DNA of 64,000 nt from Calcarisporiella thermophila CBS 279.70 (GCF_041956535.1 NW_027192223.1:45879-109878), one strand, 5' to 3'; counted from the stretch's first letter, positions 22,149 to 38,305 are shown. Numbers and translations: made by a program. The notes: generated by a model from the sequence alone, not told the origin.

Positions 22149-25100
22149 CTAATCGAATTTTCTTAATAATGAGGCCTTGTCAATTACTTCAACTTCTTTC
22201 ACAATTCCTTCTCCAATTCGTTCCATTTGTTTAAGAATTGTTTGCAAATCAGCTGCAATCAGTTCGTCCTGTATACAATTTAGAGTAAATTCCATATATC
22301 ATAGTACAGAAATGTGTATAAAATAACACTTACCTTCGAGCCGAGCTCAAAATCTACCAAACCATCTCCCAAATTTACCCTCCACTTACGAGGTTGCTTC
22401 AGAGACGGTCGCCAAAGCCCTCCAATAATATCCCCGCCATGACAATCATGGAAAAAGATAGCTACATCGCCAAACAACTTTTCTAGTTCTGCTAAATAAT
22501 ACTCGGTGGGATCAAATCCCACAAGTACCTCATCCCCATAGGTTCCCTCCGCCCGCGATTTTTGCCGTTTGAGCTGTTGAATCCCAAACCGCTTCTTCTT
22601 CTCAGTGAAGGCTTTTGGGTTCGGTGAAGCGTTCTCATAGTGACGGGTACATTTTGACGGATTCAAACGGATGATGAAACTATAGTCAGTTAGAGGTGTG
22701 GAGAACAAGCGCTATAGTAAAATTAAATACCAAACATATAAGTATTATAGTGTTTAAAAAATAAATAGGTTATATAATAAAATAATTATACCTTGATATC
22801 TTTGACTTTGCAATGCACCAATTCTTCCATTAGTTTGCATGCTGCCCGAGACAGTGAGGTGATCCTAGCCGCTACCATTTTGGATGGGCTATCCCAGGAC
22901 CACCACCGTGATTCACGATCAAATTTGGTCGCTACAAACATGGCAGCATGATGCATTTGCTCATCCTGTGCGCGTATCCGTTGGAAATTTTCAATTGCTT
23001 CCTCTCTTTCTGCGCCTGTGAGTCCTTCTCCTTCATTGTACAAATCTATTACCAATGGCTCCACACGCCAATCCCATGTTGCCATCATCTCAAGCCAGCG
23101 TGAAAAACCGGCAAAACCACTAGCAGGAGGTGAAAATGGTGCAGGATCAACATATACTCGTACGCATAAAAGCTCCACAAGTTCTTCAGGCACATGTCGG
23201 GAGAGAAGGTGACTGCCAAGCCAGCGTTTAGCAAGTCGTATCGTATGTGAAAGCGAGGGATAGCGATGACATTGACTTTGAATATGAAAAGTATGAAGAG
23301 GTGCTCGAACTAGATACTTTTCGTAGCGCGAGAGGGCGTCGATGTAGCGTTGTCGTCGTGACTTCGTTGATTTTATGTCTGTTATGCCTCGGTTCAGGAG
23401 TGTGATTTCACGATCATGGCGGATGCGGCAACGAAAAACGAAGCCAGGAGGGTAGAGAATATCCAAATAGCTGTTAATACCAATTTCTTGACGAACTAAC
23501 TGTTGCCCATTGCTCGCTAGTGAACCATCATTCTTGAAGTCTGGGACTACAACCTGAGAGGGTAAACCAAACTGCGTCTTAAGTCTCTCTGCAATTTTCA
23601 AGTAAAATGCACTCTTGATTTTCTGGATCGCAACAAGATCATCAGGCCATCTTCCACTCTCTTCAAATTCAAGCACCACCTCTATCGGATAGAGGTAGCG
23701 AGCAGCATCTGGATAATCTGTAATATTCGAAACGTCAAGGGGTTGTGGGAGGAGCATTGATGCATATCGGAGGGCAGGTGATGCCGGCAAGACAGAGGAG
23801 AGTTCAATAGGAAGTTCAGTTAGCTCTTTCATCTGTTTTACGAATTGTTCGTAAATAGATGTGACGAATCCAAATCCTACTGCAGTAATATCACTATTAA
23901 ATAGTTGCGCTGGTACAATGGGTGAGAGATGAATCATCGTATTAAGCTGCCCTGCCCAGTACTGAATCTGGTCTGGCATAATATTGAAGTGACGATGTAG
24001 TAAGTAAATTGTCATTTGCCCTACAATGAGTGACCTTTGTTCTGATCCCTTTGCATCCCATACAACGCTCTCCAAGATACTACCGTCTTTAAATCGCCTC
24101 AGCTCAGCCTTTTCTCCCCATAGTTGACGAAATTGAATTGACGCTTGCTCATCTTCTGGGGTAGGACCCTGATCAACCAGACGATTTGCCTGCTGGGGAT
24201 TCAAAACCATGCCTATGTATACTGTAGTGTTCTCAGCTGTATAAACCGGAGGAGATATTGAAATAGACCAAGGTGGAAGTGGGTCATGCTGTATCGATAT
24301 AATTTGAACTCGGTTGGTCAAGCCGTGTTTCAAGATAGCAGGTATTGCCCTCGTAAAATGCTGTAGTCTATTCGGGTAGTCAAGCTCTGCTGCTTCAGTG
24401 TAGGTTGTGTATCGCTCAATTGGTAATCGAACCCTTGCTAGGTTATCATATCTCAAACTAAGCTTGTCCGCTCTTTTTAAGAAAATATCATCAAAATGGT
24501 CCTCTTTTGCGTCATTCAAATACTCCATAGTGAGTTTCGCTTCGTGTTGTAATTCTGCAAAAGTAGAGCGTGAAAAACATCCGGTCAGATTGACACGACC
24601 CGTCGGATCCACAAATACAATATCGAATTGTGAAGTGAATGCTTCAGCTGAAAATTCATCATACTTGCTGTGAGTGGACATGAATAAAGGTTTGCTTGCA
24701 AAATCATGTGTAGCTAGGAAATCCATAGTTCCCTTAAATAATTGGAAACTACTTAATCCATTGCTTAGTTTGCGCGAATATTTTCCATCTCCTTGAAGCA
24801 AATAGGCCATCAACATTGACCATAGGAATCCGTTAAAACCAGCACCGCTTTTGCGTTCTGAGGAAGAGAGACCGCGCTGGTGCAGCCAAACTTTAGCCAA
24901 AAGGCACGCATCTGCAAATGAAGGACACGCTTTTGCATGGCGATAAAGGAAAGTAAGATGGCTAATATACGATGCATCCTGTAGAAGTGCAGTGTTATAC
25001 TGAGGGGTTGGTGGAGGAGAAGCTGAATTATCTTGAGCCGAGCCAGATGGACGGACATTATTGCGCTTGGGTGCAAGCCGCTGTTCTGGGAAATAATTTG

Positions 25101-26365
25101 CAGCGATAGCAGGCAACACACGAATTATGCATTTCAATTTTGAAAAATCGGTATCAGATTTGTCTAGATATAATAACAGTCAGGTTACTGCATATTTAAA
25201 TATTGCAAATAAATATGTACCTTTTGCACTTTTTAGAATCAAAACCGGTCTCCTATTGTCGCCATTTAACGCTGAGAACTCGAGGTTTACTTTAAGTTCT
25301 TTGGAGCCTTGAATCTCTTTTGCAAGGACAGCAAGGTAATACGCTCTTTTATAAAAGTAGCGATAATTTAAATGATCTTTCTCTTGGAATAGTGCCTAAA
25401 ATAATTAATAAAAAGAGTCAGGTGTAGTTTGCGATTGACACTATTAAATAATAATTCTTACAGCTGGCATTTCAACAACAACATCAACATTGAAATTCCC
25501 ACGAGTGCGCACAATTGTTTTTAGGGGAAAACTTCCAGCAACGTGAACAGATGTAGGCCGCTTAAATGCAAACTTATATTGTGTTGCACTAGGAGGCTTT
25601 GGGTCTGGAAAGGGGATGGTAACGTTATATTTTGCTAGGTTTTTTGTAATATCAGAGAGCTATAGCAACGAAATCGTTGAAAAATATTTGTGTCAACGTA
25701 TTAGTTTTGTTTAGGTTGCAAAAATAAACATACTGAAGCCTCTGGAATATCTGGAATGTTATCCAGAATTGTTTTAAGTTTGTGTAAAGCAGTTTCTAAG
25801 GGTTGTAGCTTATTATAGTCGATGCGAACTTCGGAAAGCAATTCGTCGATCTTCGGAAAGAAAAATCAATTAGTTGGAATATAAAAATATAAAGTAGAAA
25901 TAATTTATACCTGGAGTTTAAATATATTAGACTTGAAAAGCTCAGAAGCCTCCTTCAAACCTTGAATTTCATCGTTTGTTGGTGCAGCGTAAAGGTGGTA
26001 GTTGTTTTCTTCTTTCTTAGGCCTTTCAACACCATGTACCGCATCGTAACTGGCCAATTCTTCATCACTATCATGTTTTCCAGACATCGATGCCTCCATT
26101 AAGTCGTCACCATCGTCGCTTATATCTTCTTCATCCGAATCGTCGATATAATCATCAGATCCGAAGTCACTATTTTCGTCGCTTTCCTCTTCGATGTGAG
26201 CCCGTTTAATTTTCAATACTGAGGATTCATGCTTTTAAATATAAAACGATTTTCAATAAATCTTATTCTAAAAGTAAAGGAATATTCTCTTTCCAGAAAA
26301 AAGCTCAAATTTACCTTCATATCCTCTTCATTTTCGCGGATTATTTTCCGTTTTAATGGTGCCAT
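22149..26365 (-). CDS. UTP22: Utp22 / Nrap (NOL6), SSU processome, multi-exon
   Basis: ELFKSNIFKLQ, PPTPQYN, FRQLWGEKAELRRFKDGSILESVVW, FEESGRWPDDLVAIQKIK, TIRLAKRWL, VGFDP. Confidence 0.95.
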
Positions 26366-26433
26366 TATTGAAGCAAGGAGTGATCCAAAGTCAAGTCGAA
26401 GTCACAAGAACTATTTACAATTAAATAATTAGG

Positions 26434-26441
26434 CAGTCACA
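26434..26441 (-). promoter_or_regulatory. HomolD-type box in the divergent UTP22 / MIC12-like promoter
   Basis: CAGTCACA exact; a second partial copy AAGTCACA at 26399-26406. Confidence 0.65.
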
Positions 26442-26564
26442 AATGTATATCAAATTGATGACGTTAATATTTTCATAGAGTAATAAAATATCCAGCGGTT
26501 CCCTCGATCTTGATATCTACATATAGAGCGTTGATTATTATATTTGTTCAAATCGCATCAAAAG

Positions 26565-27007
26565 ATGGCCAAAATTGTTGCTGCTCTTACTGGCGCCATT
26601 GCTTCATCGGCGCTTATTTATCATTTCAGAACTGACATTGATTCAAATACAACTACTATTCGTCGTAAACTCGAACGCGTCCAAAAACAATTGAAAGATA
26701 TTGGTCATGAAGTAAGCAGAGCTATTGTGATATTTAATACCCATATAAATGATTTTTTTTAAAAAAAACTATAAAGGAAACTAAAATATCTAGCGAGTCT
26801 ATTTCTAACCATTCTATCTTGCCAACTCTCTCTGCTGCTAATAAGTATACCCAACAGCGTTTAATCCCAAGTATAAAAGATTCTTGGAACGCCCACATTA
26901 TCAGCCTTGCTCGTTCGGCGAATGATGCCATTTCGCATGTGGCTGCTACTACAGAAAACATTCCTACTTTTGTGACCAATGATGAGAATAAAACTTCTAA
27001 AAAATAA
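26565..27007 (+). CDS. Small membrane protein, possible MICOS subunit Mic12-like, 2 exons
   Basis: N-terminal TM (AALTGAIASSALIYHF), short coiled coil and IKDSWN motif. The gene is well supported; the family assignment is tentative. Confidence 0.55.
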
Positions 27008-27940
27008 TTTCAATTATTATCCTCCGTGTAAAAATAAAGCCATTATCTTTTTATTATAAATAGATTTAATGAAAATTCCAAAATATAATTGTATTGGTTA
27101 TGTAAGATAAAGGCAAACTATATTGTTCATATACGTCAATGGCTGCGAAGTGGGTTCTTGTGTTTAAAAATAGGGCAGGTATTGAGATAACTCGGACCGA
27201 AAAGCATCTTTCAGTTCATATAAATAATAAATGAAGCATATTCTCTCTCTCTGTTTAAATATCAGTAGATTGAAATTACGAAGAAACACTTCCAGATTAG
27301 CCTTTGGTGCATATCAATTAGTACAACAATTCTATTGCTTCGATTATTCGCGATTTTTAGTTGGAATGTTCAAAGTAAGTAGCGATTTATACCTAAAGAT
27401 TAGTATTATCTTATACTAATTATTTTGATATTGAGAGAAAGCCAAAAAAAAAAAAATACATTATTAAAAACTCCAAACAGATATTTAGATTTCTGGTTCT
27501 ATTTTGATTATCACATTTTTCTTAGTCAAAAATGTAGTCGAAAATGTGTGAAGTTGAGGTCTACACCTTCTCAAGAGCTAGTATCTCCGGGTAAAAACAC
27601 CAAAAATTATCACTTCATCATTTTCATATTTAAAAATTAGCATATTAAGTTCATAGTTTATCGAGGACTGATTTTTCAGCTTTAATTTAACAATAAAAAC
27701 TCTACGAAGATGATCATTATTGATTGATATGAGGCGCAGCATATCTTTGGTAAACATCACCTTAAAGGCTTTCATACTATAGACCTATATTGATTAAGAT
27801 CAGACAGGAGTTGAAAAAATAAGAAGGCTGATTTCATTTGCCTTTCGACACCCGTGCTTTAATCAAAAGTTCAATTGATATAAAGCATCAGCACAATGCT
27901 CTCGTCGTTTCGAGCTTTCGTGCGTTGTATGCTTTGAGAT

Positions 27941-30565
27941 ATGTCAGCTTTGAGAACGCTTCGCTTTCTACGAAAGACAGCAAGTCAAGCAGGATCCACT
28001 TCTACTTGTTCTGTAACATCCAGCCATGCCCATCCTAAATTTTCAAATACAGGTACAATCGCAGTATTTGATTCATTTTTTCATCATCAGAGGATGCAAT
28101 CTCGCACTCCTATATCAAAACACCTCTTTCCACCACCACCGCGTGTCCCTCAATTGCAACGTCTCGAGATATACAGCCTATTTGCACGTCTGTATAGCGA
28201 TTGTGCTGTCATTACTAAACGTGTTCGGAATAATGGCAAATGTATTCAAAACATCGCTAATCTTGTAAGTTTTACAACATTTATATACCAGCTTTTCGCG
28301 TCGAATTTTAATTTATTTATGAATTTCATATTTTTTATGTTTATTGTATAGTCTCTGGAGGAGCAACTCAAGAATTTGCTGGAAGCACGAGAACCGCACC
28401 GTGCGTTCAAGGTATATCTGGCGCTTAGAGCCCCATCATCACCAGCAATTTTAAATGTATCTGCTAAGCGAATGCACAACCGCCACAGCCAAGTGGATCC
28501 TATTTGGTTATCGCATCATGTATCGCAGGAAACTATTCAGAAGTTACGTGCTCTCCTTTTATATACACATGCTCCAGAATGGCAGCCTGCGTTACTACTA
28601 TCGGATGCTGCTGCATGCGGTTATGACACTGTAGAAATTATCCGCAAGGGTAGACCACCTGCAAATCCATTATTCTCTGAGTTAGAATGGCACCTTGATC
28701 GCAGAAATGTTCAAAAAGCCTGGCAAACATACCTACAACTCCGAAATGAACCGAGCGGTGATCTTGCTTTAGGCAAAATTTTACGCTCACGTTTGGTAGC
28801 TTTACTCTATGAACATTTTGGGGAAACCTGCAATCATATTGGACTTGTACTCCGGTATTACCTTGATTCACAACGACAAAAAACGCGATTCATACGCTCA
28901 GCTTGGATGGGAGAACTTGTGCGCCGTGAAGATTGGGATCAAGCAATTGCATTCCTCCGATATAATCTTCCGTTGAGTTCTAATACCCAACGACCGGCGA
29001 GTATTGAGACCGACAGAGAAATGAGTGAGAGAGCCAATACTTCGTTGTTATGGAAAGTAGAGCACATGGCCCGCGACCTTATCACAGGACTCGTGAACGT
29101 TTCGCAATTCGATAAAGCACTTTTGGTGTTAACCATGGTGCGAGAGCAATGTGGGCGCGGCAGTCGCACGATGTATGAGGCCCTATTAGAGGGATATGCA
29201 CATAAAAACAATCCGATGGCAAATATTAGGCAGCTGTTAGATACTATGCAAGCTGATGGAATTGCTCCAAACAAGAACACGCTTAAGGCGATGCTTCGCT
29301 CATCATCTCTTGCCGGCAATGTGAAGGAGACTAAAGAAATCATGCGTTTGTCAAAAAGTCGCTACGATATAAGTGCCGATTCTAGGCTAATTGGAGAGGT
29401 TCTCCGCAATCTCGCGGAAATCGGGAAACTTCGTGAATGTTGTGATCTATACAACACTCTCCATCTGGGTCGCTTGCATACACGCGCATATTTGCAACAC
29501 GAAACCATCCGTCTCGATGAGTATACGTATGGAATATTGGCTAATGCATGTGCTAAAAAGCAGAACCCAAAGGGTTCGTTGAGGTGGTTAAACCGAATGA
29601 TGAAAGATGGTGGATACCGACCTACAACTATCGTATGCACAGCAGTTGTCAAGGCTTTCTTAGCGCAATCAGGTGGTGCTGGACTCCAGCGCGGAATAGA
29701 TATGCTTGAGTTTATGCGAGAAAACGAGGTCCCTCGAGATGTAGTTTTATATACATCCTTGATTACGGCTCATGCAAGACACCGTAAAATTGATACCGCA
29801 TTAAATTTATGTACACAAATGCTCAACGAAGGGATAGCACCAACCCCACATACACTTACCGCTCTAGTTGATGGGTGCATGCGCAGCACTCGAATGCAGA
29901 CTGCACTCAAATTATTGCGATGGCTGCGCGCGCCTCCTTATAAACTTCGGCCTAATGTTGCAACTTATACCTCACTTATGGACGGTCTTAATGCACGAGG
30001 GCATTTTGCAGAGGCAGAAGAGGTGTATCATGATATGATCGCTGATGGAATCACTCCCGACGTCGCTGCTATTAATTGTCTGATGGATGCGTGCAATCGA
30101 GCAGGTAGAGGACAGGAGGTTCTTACCATATTCCACAACGAATTCTTACGGCATCATTTAAGACCGGACGCATACTCGCTCTCTATCTTACTTGACTCAT
30201 GTAACGCCAACAACTTGCCTGAAGAGGGAAGACGTATATTCGGCTCTTTCCTCGACAAAGGGCTATCAACTTTAGATATACGTTTGCATTGGAAAACTTT
30301 CTATGCATATGTGAATTTACTCGGGCGGCATGGACACACAGAAGATATCTTGGAGGTTTTGGCTCAGATGAAGTCACTAAATGTGCAATCCCACCCACGC
30401 ATCATACTGGCGGCAATTAGCTTTTTGGCAGATACACCTCGTGGAGAGAAGAAGGTGAATTTGGCACTTGAAACAATGACTAAGTGGTGGCCAGATATCA
30501 AGTTGGACAAACTTGATATTGACAACTACTTACGTTTGCGTCCCGTACCTAAATTAGACCGCTAA
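27941..30565 (+). CDS. Mitochondrial pentatricopeptide-repeat (PPR) protein, 2 exons
   Basis: Arg/Ser-rich presequence; tandem ~35-aa repeats (DVVLYTSLITAHAR, PNVATYTSLMDGL, PDVAAINCLMDAC, PDAYSLSILLDSC); intron about 28265-28351. Confidence 0.9.
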
Positions 30566-30888
30566 AAGTTGAATTACTAATAGATATTAACTATTTATCA
30601 AGTTGAAGAGGTGTTTCCTTGTTTGTATGGGGCACATTGTATATAGTCTCTTGCACTCTTTCCTCTTTTGCTTTTTTGTATCGTAATACACACTATATCC
30701 TTCTAATATTGAAATACTCTTGTATATCACAAAACCTATCTTTGGAACCTCTCTTTTATATATAAAAAAACCCTATGAATGAGTTTTCAAAAATTTCGTA
30801 GATTTATAAATAATATTTTGTCCAAAGGACAAAAAAAGCTATGATTTTTTTATTGATTCATAAAATAAGGTAAGCAGATAATAAAAAT

Positions 30889-31280
30889 CTAGTGGTGTTC
30901 GACATTCTTGTGGTGCTCTATTTGATGTAATATGATTAAATTATATATTTCATCTAATTAAATTCTTTCTAATTGCAACAATACTTACTAAGATGGAAGT
31001 GGTAGTCAATCGCGTACGAAACACCGCCAACTAGAAGGATGGCATGAAGAATAGGCATTGCTGATGCGTTTCCTCCTTCAAAGTAACGAGCCTTATAACG
31101 GCCCCAGAAGCCGGAGGGGCGCGACACCTCAGGGGAACCCTTGGGGAGCTTCTTATAGAAATCGACTAGACGTTCCATACGGGCAGCGTCTTTGGGCGCC
31201 CCAATGGATTTAGTAGACGAGATGGTTGGAGGAATAAGTGAGCGTGTGCTGTAGGCACGGCGAATAATGTTGAGCGACAT
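30889..31280 (-). CDS. ATP17: Mitochondrial ATP synthase subunit f, 2 exons
   Basis: SLIPP..ARMERLVDFYKKLPKG..GRYKARYF.G.NAS..PILH..YAIDYHFHL|KHHKNVEHH*. Confidence 0.93.
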
Positions 31281-32422
31281 TTTGCGTTGTTTTAAGAATG
31301 CAAATGGGATCAAGTTTATGTTTTGATCTCTGAAAAAGAGACTAGGGTAATAAGAACTTAGTGATGTCACATTTTCGTAACCTAACCTGATTTCTCATTC
31401 TACCTACTCTATATTTTCTCTAATGTAGAAATCCTCATTCATATTCGGGTATTGACCAAGGTGATAAAGGGACTACTACCCCACAAATATAATATCAATG
31501 ATATATATTAATAGTTCAGGAAAGATTATGTTATAGTATAGTATCTAAAAATGAGCAATGCGTTTATAAATTTTGCGGAGACACGATATATATTTGTTAT
31601 CAATTATCCTATTAATATCACTACGGTAGGTTGAGAGGGATTGTCTATATCATCTCTTCGTGCTCGTAGCTGGATTAAAAGGAAAGTCAGGTTATCAAAA
31701 TTGGAATCGAAAATATGCCATTGTACATTTTCCTTGATTAAAGATATATATTTGTTGAAATGAGCTTATCACTAAATTTATGAGCTTTTTTCAAAATACT
31801 CGTTTAATAATAAGTGCTGGTAAACTAATGTATTGAACTGTATAAAACATATGACTATCCAAATAAGTATCAATATTAATTGTAAAATAACAGGATACAA
31901 AGCATCATGAAGGATGTTGATGGTCTTTTAATGCTGAGCACTCCCTTCGTAATTCCTTGATGACAGCCTTAAAATTAAAATTAAACATAAGAAAATTATT
32001 AAAAAAGAAAAAAAAATTTATCTATACCACTAACGCATCTGGATTTGCTCCGCGTTCGATCAGCGAGACACATAATGATAAGCTCTCACGATCAAGTCCC
32101 GTCTTAAGCAAGGATGAGATCTCGTATAAAACTACATTATAAATATTGTTCACAGATGTAAAATAATGTGAAGATTAAGGGGATATAAATTGAAATATGT
32201 GTACGGTCTAATGTCTCTGATGCTTCCTGTAGTTGGATGTCTTGGTGCTGTTCCATCATTTAGTCGCGATAATTTTAACCTAAACTCGATTTCAAGAGTA
32301 TTGGCTTCTTTTGATTTTACATTCTTAATTTGGAGTGCCATGTTCAAAATCGAATCGTGTGTAGAACCTGAAAATAGCCTCGTAGACAGATTCAGAGATC
32401 TGTAACTCAATTAAAAACACAG

Positions 32423-33450
32423 ATGGCATCTTATTCTCAACATTACTCCCTCCAAGAGCCTAGCGTTGCTTATGAATTTCTTACAAATCTCGTATGGAAG
32501 AGAATCCATACAATTAACTACATAAAGGGGGCACATGAGGGAAAAGTGCATTGGTACAACACCATCTTATTATCACGAGAAGATTTCGCACCGTTACAAC
32601 AGAACCCACGGTTACGTAAAAGGTATATAAAACAATTCCAGTTGTGATCTACAAATATTATTCTAACTTTTGCATAACAGAACATACCAATATTTTGTAC
32701 TAGGAATGTCGTTGGGGACTACACTTGACATAACTAACCCAGAGGATTACATCAAAGCCCTAAGCAATCTACTACAAGAATTCGAATATTTTTCCAATGA
32801 TCAATCCAAGCCGAAGATGGTATTATTTCCTTCACTTATGCTAATGATCTACATATATTTATCTGATCTCTTTACAATTCTGACTGAAATGTTATCTAGA
32901 AAAACATTTTTTTCCGCAAAAAACCACTTGATGAAGGTTCATCAGCTGAGGATGCTGAATATTCACTGCTAAATATAGCAAATTTGGCAAGTATATTCTG
33001 CCTCACATCCAAGAAATTGCTTTCTTTAATTATCCAATTGCTTTGTATTTTTCAGCCATTTGAACCAGATTATTTCCAGGTTCTTTGCACTTTATGCGAT
33101 CTTCTCTCGGAGGTATATTATCGCTTGTTAGTAGGAACCAGTGATTTGTGCACTCATTCATTTTGCGAAACGGTGGTAAAAGTGGACAGCAAATTTAAAG
33201 TAATATATTATACTTGTAGATTTTGAAAACTCTATGCCTGATAATGCTATTATTAATCTTATTTTAGAAAATAATTAGTAGCATAACCAAAGAGATTGAT
33301 ACCATTGCGCGTGCAGTCATCAAGGAAGAGTTGTTGCTCATTGATCCACTTGCACAAAGAAATGGAGGAATAGCAAATGCTAACGCAAATAGTGGAAGGA
33401 TGACTCCAACGGATGAGCATTGGGATGCCAATAGTTTGTCAGGAATGTAA
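32423..33450 (+). CDS. Uncharacterised helical protein, 5 exons (one GC-AG intron)
   Basis: Exons splice in frame: KRIHTINYIKGAHEGKVHWYNT..YFVLGMSLGTTLD..LLQEFEYF..LPFEPDYFQVLCTLCDLLSEVYYRL..KVDSKFKKII. Function not recognised. Confidence 0.8.
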
Positions 33451-33960
33451 GGTGGCGTTCTATGCTTCAAACAAGAATGTCAAATTTTTATATAATATAT
33501 AGTAATAATTCGTTTATATATGTCTGATTATTACTTTCTTTTGCGCATATTTTCTTTTATCTCCAATCTCTTTTTCTGTAATATATGCATCCGTTTATCA
33601 TCTTTCTTTTAATATTTAACATTGCTAAATGAGTCTAACATAAATAATGGAGGAACAAAACGAAACCTTTTAAAATAGTAAGTTTAAACGTATATATTTT
33701 CATAATATATTTCTTATCCTACAACTAACTTATTGCTTAATATCTGCTGATATCCAGCTCTAAGTCTTCTTCATGGTTCATAGCAGGCAAATAAAGGTTT
33801 AAAATCTGGGTTGAACTATTATTCATTGATAATAGAATTATTAAATTATTGTTATTAATTTATGATATTCGAGTTGGGACTGTTTAATGTGACGTTGATT
33901 TTATTTTGAGTAAACAGTTTTTTGGCAATAGCTTTCTTGTGAGAAAGTGAATTTATAATA

Positions 33961-34988
33961 ATGTCGGAAGGTAAGTGATTTCACGGATTTTGCCTTGGCA
34001 GTTTTACATTGTATTTATACTATTAATCATCAAATCTTCATATAAAAGATAGGTATCCTGACCAGCCTCTCCAGAAAGTCGAAGATCGTGATCATAGTGT
34101 CGAAGATGTCTCGGACGATGAAGCACCCGAAGCTGTTTCTTCAGCAGCAGCAAAATCACATGCAATTGAGGCTGTGAAGCGTAAAAAAGTGGCTGTTCAA
34201 AGGTAATTTCTTCTATTTTCTACTCTTCTTTTTACATTTTTGTTAAATTTTCTTTGCTCATATTAGGCTTCACAATGAAAAAAAAGCTAGACAACGTAAT
34301 CTCGATGCTAAATTGAAGGAGCAGAGTATGCAATCAAAGAAAAAGAAGGAAAATAGAAAAGAGGAGAATAGATATACTGAGAATGCATCGGAAGATATGA
34401 AAGATCTGAAGCAAAATACTGAAGAAGAAAAAGAAATGCCTACACTCTTACCGACTGAATTATTAGAAGAAGTTGCAAAGAGAGAAAAGGAGGAAAGGTA
34501 TGCGTTTCTTTTCACCAAACTTCTCTCTCTTAATATATTAAAAAAAATCCTTTGGATAGAAAACGGAAGCATTTACGCGCAGAAGAATTTGAAGCTCTTT
34601 TATCGCAGGAAGAGGAAAATGGGAGAAGCGAGCAATTGAAGCGTTCAAAACAGGAGAAAGATGTCCGGCATGTCGGGTATTGTCGTAATCTTATATAGCA
34701 ATTATATTCAGCCAATATTGAGTGCTGCCTTTTATAGACAATTTACTGTTAGGGCACTTGGAAAGAGAAATGTCGTAAGACCACAGCCTATACCCGAGCA
34801 AATTGAAGATTTCCGTCGAGATCATTTTTATAGCAGGCGAGTACCGCGAAAAGATGGTAAGAATCCTCAAACTCCCCAATCTTGACTGCTTATTAATGCA
34901 ATATCTTATACTTTTAGCTGTGCTAAATTTAAGTCAAAAAAAAGGTCCTGCAATCAAATTCGCTCGTTTTTCGCGTACAAATACATAA
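33961..34988 (+). CDS. U3 snoRNA-associated protein, Bud21/Utp16/NOL7-like, multi-exon
   Basis: SDDEAPEAVS motif followed by a basic coiled coil and LLPTELLEE, the hallmarks of this family; basic C-terminus. Confidence 0.65.
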
Positions 34989-35130
34989 TATAACATATTA
35001 TCTATACTGTAACATTTTATAGTAAAGTCTTAGTTTGCTTTCTAAATATTTTTTTCACTTAAAATATCACCATTTATTTATTCAATTATGAAAAGGGTTG
35101 ATTAAATCTATAAAATTTAAACAAATTTCA

Positions 35131-35138
35131 TGTGACTG
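35131..35138 (+). promoter_or_regulatory. HomolD-type box TGTGACTG upstream of the PIN/Swt1-like gene
   Basis: Exact 8-mer about 90 nt before the ATG. Confidence 0.6.
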
Positions 35139-35222
35139 CCAATCTTTTATAAATATCGCTCTAGTTTATACATAGGTTGCCACTCATCTAATTCACTATA
35201 CTATATCCAAAAGAGTTGAATA

Positions 35223-36929
35223 ATGGACCAAGATGTTGAGTATATGGACCTCGATGATCCTGACCTTCTTCGAGGTATTGCCTTTGAAGTCAAGACTATG
35301 CGCAGTAGCGCGGATAATTTGTTTACACTGGACAATGTGATTCCTGTTCAAGAAACTGACGACTCTGACAAGTTGTCGATTCGCTCCGCGCGTGCACTTG
35401 TCATAATAGATACAAATTTCTGTCTCACGCATTTGGGCTTTCTTCATGGACTTGTATATCGCTCGGCCCCATCAAATGGAGTAGTTGTAATTGTTCCTTG
35501 GATTGTAATACAAGAATTGGATGGCCTTAAATCGCGAAGCAGCAAAAGTCAAATTCGAGAAATAGCCATAAGAGCAAACGACTTTTTGTGGAAAGCACTC
35601 GGCAGCAAAAGGGATCAATCCTCATTGAGGGGACAGAAACTAAACGAAAGATTGAGAGAATTTGGTAATAAGAACAAGTCAAATGATGATGAAATTCTTA
35701 ATTGTTGCAGGTAACGAGCGGAACGAAGCTTAGAGGTTCTCCTCAATCTAATCATTTATAGGATAACAGGTATTTTCAGCAGGCCGTTGATCATAACATT
35801 ATGGTTATGTTACTCTCGAACGATAAAAATCTTTGCGTTAAAGCTCTAGTACATGGAATAGAGACGTTCTCTTACTTTAAGAATGGCCTAGATCCAGATA
35901 CAGTTGTTCAAACAATCTTGCATCAATCTACTCAGCGCAAAGGAATGAATAATGTCCCCGCTAAAAATGAAAAGCCCAATGCAAATAAAGCTGCTGATAT
36001 ATCTTTAAAAACAACGGTAAATAGCTCTAAAACTACCATTAGAGAATATATGATTTATTGACTTTAGTTTTCAGGATGATATCGATTTCATGGATGCAGA
36101 TAAATTTTCTTCGGAATCAACTTCGCTTTCCAATTCATATACTACCCAAATGCCAAATGAGGCTTCTACTCATAATGACTATCCCACAGCTAAGAGATTG
36201 AAATTTGACTCTAATCGGTTTACATCCAATACCACCGCTGATTTCAAAGTAACTTGATTGGCGTTATCACAGGCTTTTTATAATACAAAATTATTGACTA
36301 TACCAATTCTAATATTTTAGGATGAATTAGAATCTATGCAGACTGACAGTGAATTACCTACAGTTTCACTAGTATCCACAGATTCCTATGATAGTATTCA
36401 TGCCCCAGAACGATCTTTATATCCTCGCTCATCTTCAATCACCGCAACATTAATACCTTATTTCCCCGCTGATGGCCCTCAATACACTCTCCCGAACCAG
36501 AAAGCTATCGAACGTATAATCAATGAAATATGCATGTGTCTAGAACAAGCCCTTCCCCAGGCTATGGAATTCCACTATATAAATGCATTTGGGGAACATT
36601 GGACTTATGTGTTGGAGAAGGACCTCCCGCCTTGGCCACTAAAAAAAGCACTTTCTCTAATACAGCGACACGATTTTACCGTTTTTCAACAGGCTACTGA
36701 ACCGCAGGCATTGGGGCGGTTAGTTCGTAGTGCTGCAGAAGGCATATTGAATTTCATGCGGAATTATGAAAAACCAGCCCGGCAAAACATGTTAAATATG
36801 GGACAAATGCAAAAATTCCTGACAAATGTCGAAGTGATTTTAGCGATATGTGTTGGTGCACGAGTAGTCACACAGGAAGAGTGTTATTATCGCTTGGAAC
36901 AATGGAGAGAAATGTTGTGGAAAAACTAA
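35223..36929 (+). CDS. PIN-domain RNA endonuclease, Swt1-like, multi-exon
   Basis: VIIDTNF, VPWIVIQELDGLK, LRGQK, NDDEILNCC|RYF, LLSNDKNLCVKALVHGI. Confidence 0.85.
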
Positions 36930-37066
36930 AAACTTTGTATATATGGTTGATCAGACGTTAAATATTTGAAATTTTTTTTATTTCAATTTTAATTAATGAA
37001 AAAAAACAGTACTGTCATTTAAAATTCACACTACTTTTGGAGAACTCAGACAATAAGGTCAAACAT

Positions 37067-38305
<1,239 letters not shown>

